64,000 nucleotides of DNA from Candidatus Poribacteria bacterium. GTDB taxonomy: Bacteria; Poribacteria; WGA-4E; WGA-3G. A program made the translations under genes and the position numbers. Below the pieces are notes generated by a model. It was not told where the DNA came from, searched no databases, and worked only from the letters and a program-made list of their open reading frames with translations. Of this stretch, positions 61,001-64,000 are shown piece by piece; the first letter of the stretch is position 1; each line of letters opens with the position of its first letter. The stretch covers positions 160,001-224,000 of the forward strand of contig CAXXUA010000015.1 of assembly GCA_963663765.2 (NCBI GenBank), read 5' to 3'.

Positions 61001-64000
61001 TTGTACAAAAGCCGTTTTTCTTCATCCATTTCAGAGAACTTACTTATGTACTTTTCTAAAGTTTCAATAGAAGAATTATTTCTTAATGCTCTGTTATATC
61101 GGATGGCTTGGTAGGTTGAATCATTTGGAGAAACTGTGGTCAGTTGCTCAATTATTTCATCTGTTTTCTCTGTGTTATCAGTCAAAGTATAAATTTGCGC
61201 CAAAAGTTCAAGCGTATTAATGTCCTTTGGATTATTTTCTATCTGTTTTTCATACTGCTGAATAAACTGATTTAATTTTCCTTGATACTGCGATATAGTC
61301 ATTAAATGTACGAGCGCGCCTGCTTGAGCTTCATCGAAGTTACTGGGTTTCCATGCTTGGACGTTTCCTGCGCGGTAGGATTGGTCTTGTATATCATAGA
61401 GATGATACTGAGCAAGGTCAAATTTATCATAGTATATGCTTGAGAAAGTCTTTTTTGTATTAGTAGAGATTCCGCTTTCGGGAGGTTTTGGCATATTTAT
61501 AATACGTTTGAAATGTGATTGAGCGCGCTCAAATTCATTCATTGATACTAAGACCGTACCGAGTTGGAAGAGTGCCAAATGTGCATCTTTTCCAGTGATT
61601 TTTTCAGCTGCTCTGTCAAGGACCAGATTAGCTTCGTGAAGGTGTCCATGTTTAATGAGTAAACTCGCCAGTTTCACTTCAGCTTCAAGCGATTGGTTTT
61701 TAGCGTGTAGGAGTTTTGTCCATGCTTGTATAGCTTCCTGTTCACGTCCGGCATCGAACAGTAGTTCGCCAAGTCGTCTTTGATGTGTGGGGTCAGGATG
61801 AGCCTTTACAAGTCGTTCTTGATAAGATAATGCATCTTGATTATCTCCAAGATTGAGACTTATGCTTACCAATTGGGACAAGAGGTCTGGATCATTACGT
61901 TGCTTGTCTAAAGCGCGTGCAAGTTGGAATCTTGCACTTGGAAGGTCACCTTCCATACGGTGTAGTTCGGCGAGTGCTAAGACGGGGGCTGTATCAGACA
62001 CGTTGGATTTTGAGAGCTGCTTTAGTTTTTCCTTGAATTCACTACTACGTCCTAAATCATAATATGTTTCGGATAAGGGTTTGACAAAACTAATTTTATC
62101 ATTTACGGTATTGCACAATTCCCAGCATCGCCAATACTGTGCAAGTGCTTGTCTTGGTTTATCTGCAAGTTTGTACGTTTCAGCTAACTCCGTACGAATA
62201 TTAATTGCATCTGAACGCAAACGAATGGCTTGTTTGAGACTTTCAATTGCACGATCATAGTTAGTCGTTTGCTTTGCAATTTCTGCAAGTAACTGATGTC
62301 CTTCTGGATTGCGGGGACTATTTGCTATGACCTGTTTTGCTGCTTTGGTCGCAGCATCAGAGTCCATTACATTGAGATGAGAACGGGTAATATTTGTCCA
62401 GTATTCACGTGCATTCGCGCTGTCAACTTGAATGAGATGCATGTAAACAGCATTTGCATCGTCAAATCTGTTCTGTTTGATATAAACATCTGCAAGCCAT
62501 CGGTTGACAATAACATCATCAGGTTTAAGATCTCTTGCTTTTAAAATAACTTCCAGTGCATAAGTGATATTTCCTAACTTCAGATACATCTTAGCAAGTC
62601 TTTTCTGCTGAGCAAAGGTGTCAGCATTTGATTGTGCTGAATTATCAAGTTCTGTTTCCAGTGTTTCGATTTTTTCTACAAGTTTACCTTGTCTGCGGTA
62701 TAGTTCAATTCGCTGGTCATCCATTTCCTCAGCAAAGAAAGGGTTAGGAGCGATTTTCGTTGCTTCAGAAAATTGGATTTGTGCTTCATCAAAGTCTCCA
62801 TGCTTCATGAGTCGCTGCGCAAGTATCTTGCGATATTCATAGACATCTGGCATCAGTTCAACTGCTTTTTGACTTGCCTCAATTGCTTCTGTATGGAAGT
62901 TCTTTGAGCTGAGTAATTTTGCCAATCGATTGTAGTTTTCAGCGATCCCCTTGCTATCTACAACCATCCAGTTCCATGTTTCTATTGCTTTGTCACGACT
63001 ACCTTGACGAAGATAGAACTCTCCAAAATACTCAATATAGTCAAGGTTGTTTGGTGCAAGAGAAATGGCTTTTTGATATGCTGTAGTCGCATCTTCAATC
63101 CATTCATTACCTGTATAGATTTCAGCGAGGATGAGATGTGTACTTGCATTATTCGGATCACGATCAAGCATCTGTTTATATATTGACCTTGCTTGTTTTT
63201 CATCCTCCAACTGTATGTACAATTCACCGAGTTCGCGGTAAATTCCGAAATCGTCAGGGTCTTGTTCAAGAAGGTTTTCATATTCAGAGGCTGCTTCTGC
63301 AAATTTATCATCGTTGCGGAGGGCTGCAATAAGGTTTAATCGCAGAGTTGTGTCTGTCGGTGCTAATTCCAAACCCTTACGATAACCTTTTATACCCTCA
63401 TCCAGTTGCTGATTTTCAATGTATGCTGCCGCCAGTAGACCAAGTAGTTCCGGTTCATTTGGCGTTTTTTCAAGTTTTGTTGGTAATATCGTATTAATCC
63501 TTGCCAATCACTATCAGCAGCGAAAATTCCAATGATTCGGTGTTGTAGATCTTTTCGCAACCAGTTACCGGATGCGGTTAGTGCAAGTGCAGTGTCATAG
63601 CTTTGAATAGCCTGCTGATTGTCACCTTGTGTTTCATATATATTTCCTATTTCACGTTGGCTCAAGCATATTTGGTAAGGATCATCTTTTCTGAGTTTTA
63701 TAATTGCTTCATGCTGTGTTATTGCTTGTTGGTAGAGTTCCTGTTCAATGAATAGGTCTGCAAGTTCAGTGCGTGCAAATACGTCGTTTGGATTCAGTTC
63801 TGCGATCTTTGTCCAAGCTGTGATTGCTTCATCAATCTGGTCTCTGCGGAAGTATGCTCTACCAAGAGATTTGTATATTGTAGTAAATTCATCTGGTGTT
63901 GCATCCTGTATGTTTTTGGCTAATGTTGCAGCCTGTTTTAGTGCGTTGATGGCATTTTCATGCTGCAATAGCAATGTATACGTTTGTCCAAGAGCAAAAT
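55003..64000 (-). CDS. Giant TPR protein with an inserted LamG domain; one frameshift near 63475; 5' end outside the window
   Basis: ORFs 63390-63974 (frame open to the window end) and 55003-63507 join if one A is added to an A4 run (YYQ-Q-KLEKTP). Dozens of TPRs, LamG at about 56340-57010, C-terminal WMYLGPF...DSDD beta domain. Confidence 0.85.

Overview
AT-rich bacterial window. The gene content (expanded WD40, ankyrin, TPR, LamG, PQQ-like propeller and PhyH proteins, plus a recurring C-terminal AVxPxxKLxTTWxxLK tail) resembles Candidatus Poribacteria; this is inference, not a database result. In order: four secreted metzincin+ankyrin paralogs; an ankyrin/NTase/PhyH run; three PQQ-like propeller-cluster genes; an EhpF/GriC-like adenylating enzyme with an ALDH-like partner; toxin-antitoxin genes; a LamG protein and panB; three ECF sigma-TM-WD40 fusion loci, one with a decayed sigma part; seven stand-alone WD40 genes including a chimera; modABC; coaE; and a giant frameshifted TPR/LamG gene running off the window. 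Intergenic DNA is dense in TIR/TSD-bounded miniature elements, most carrying GTAG-type REP hairpins, some tandemly amplified or nested. Best candidate for an undescribed system: ECF-WD40 genes that share a TGCACCC-N17-CGTCAC-like promoter (also found before the WD40 array) and each carry an internal RBS+ATG that could give a sigma-less membrane WD40 isoform. No rRNA, tRNA, CRISPR array or intact transposase was recognised.
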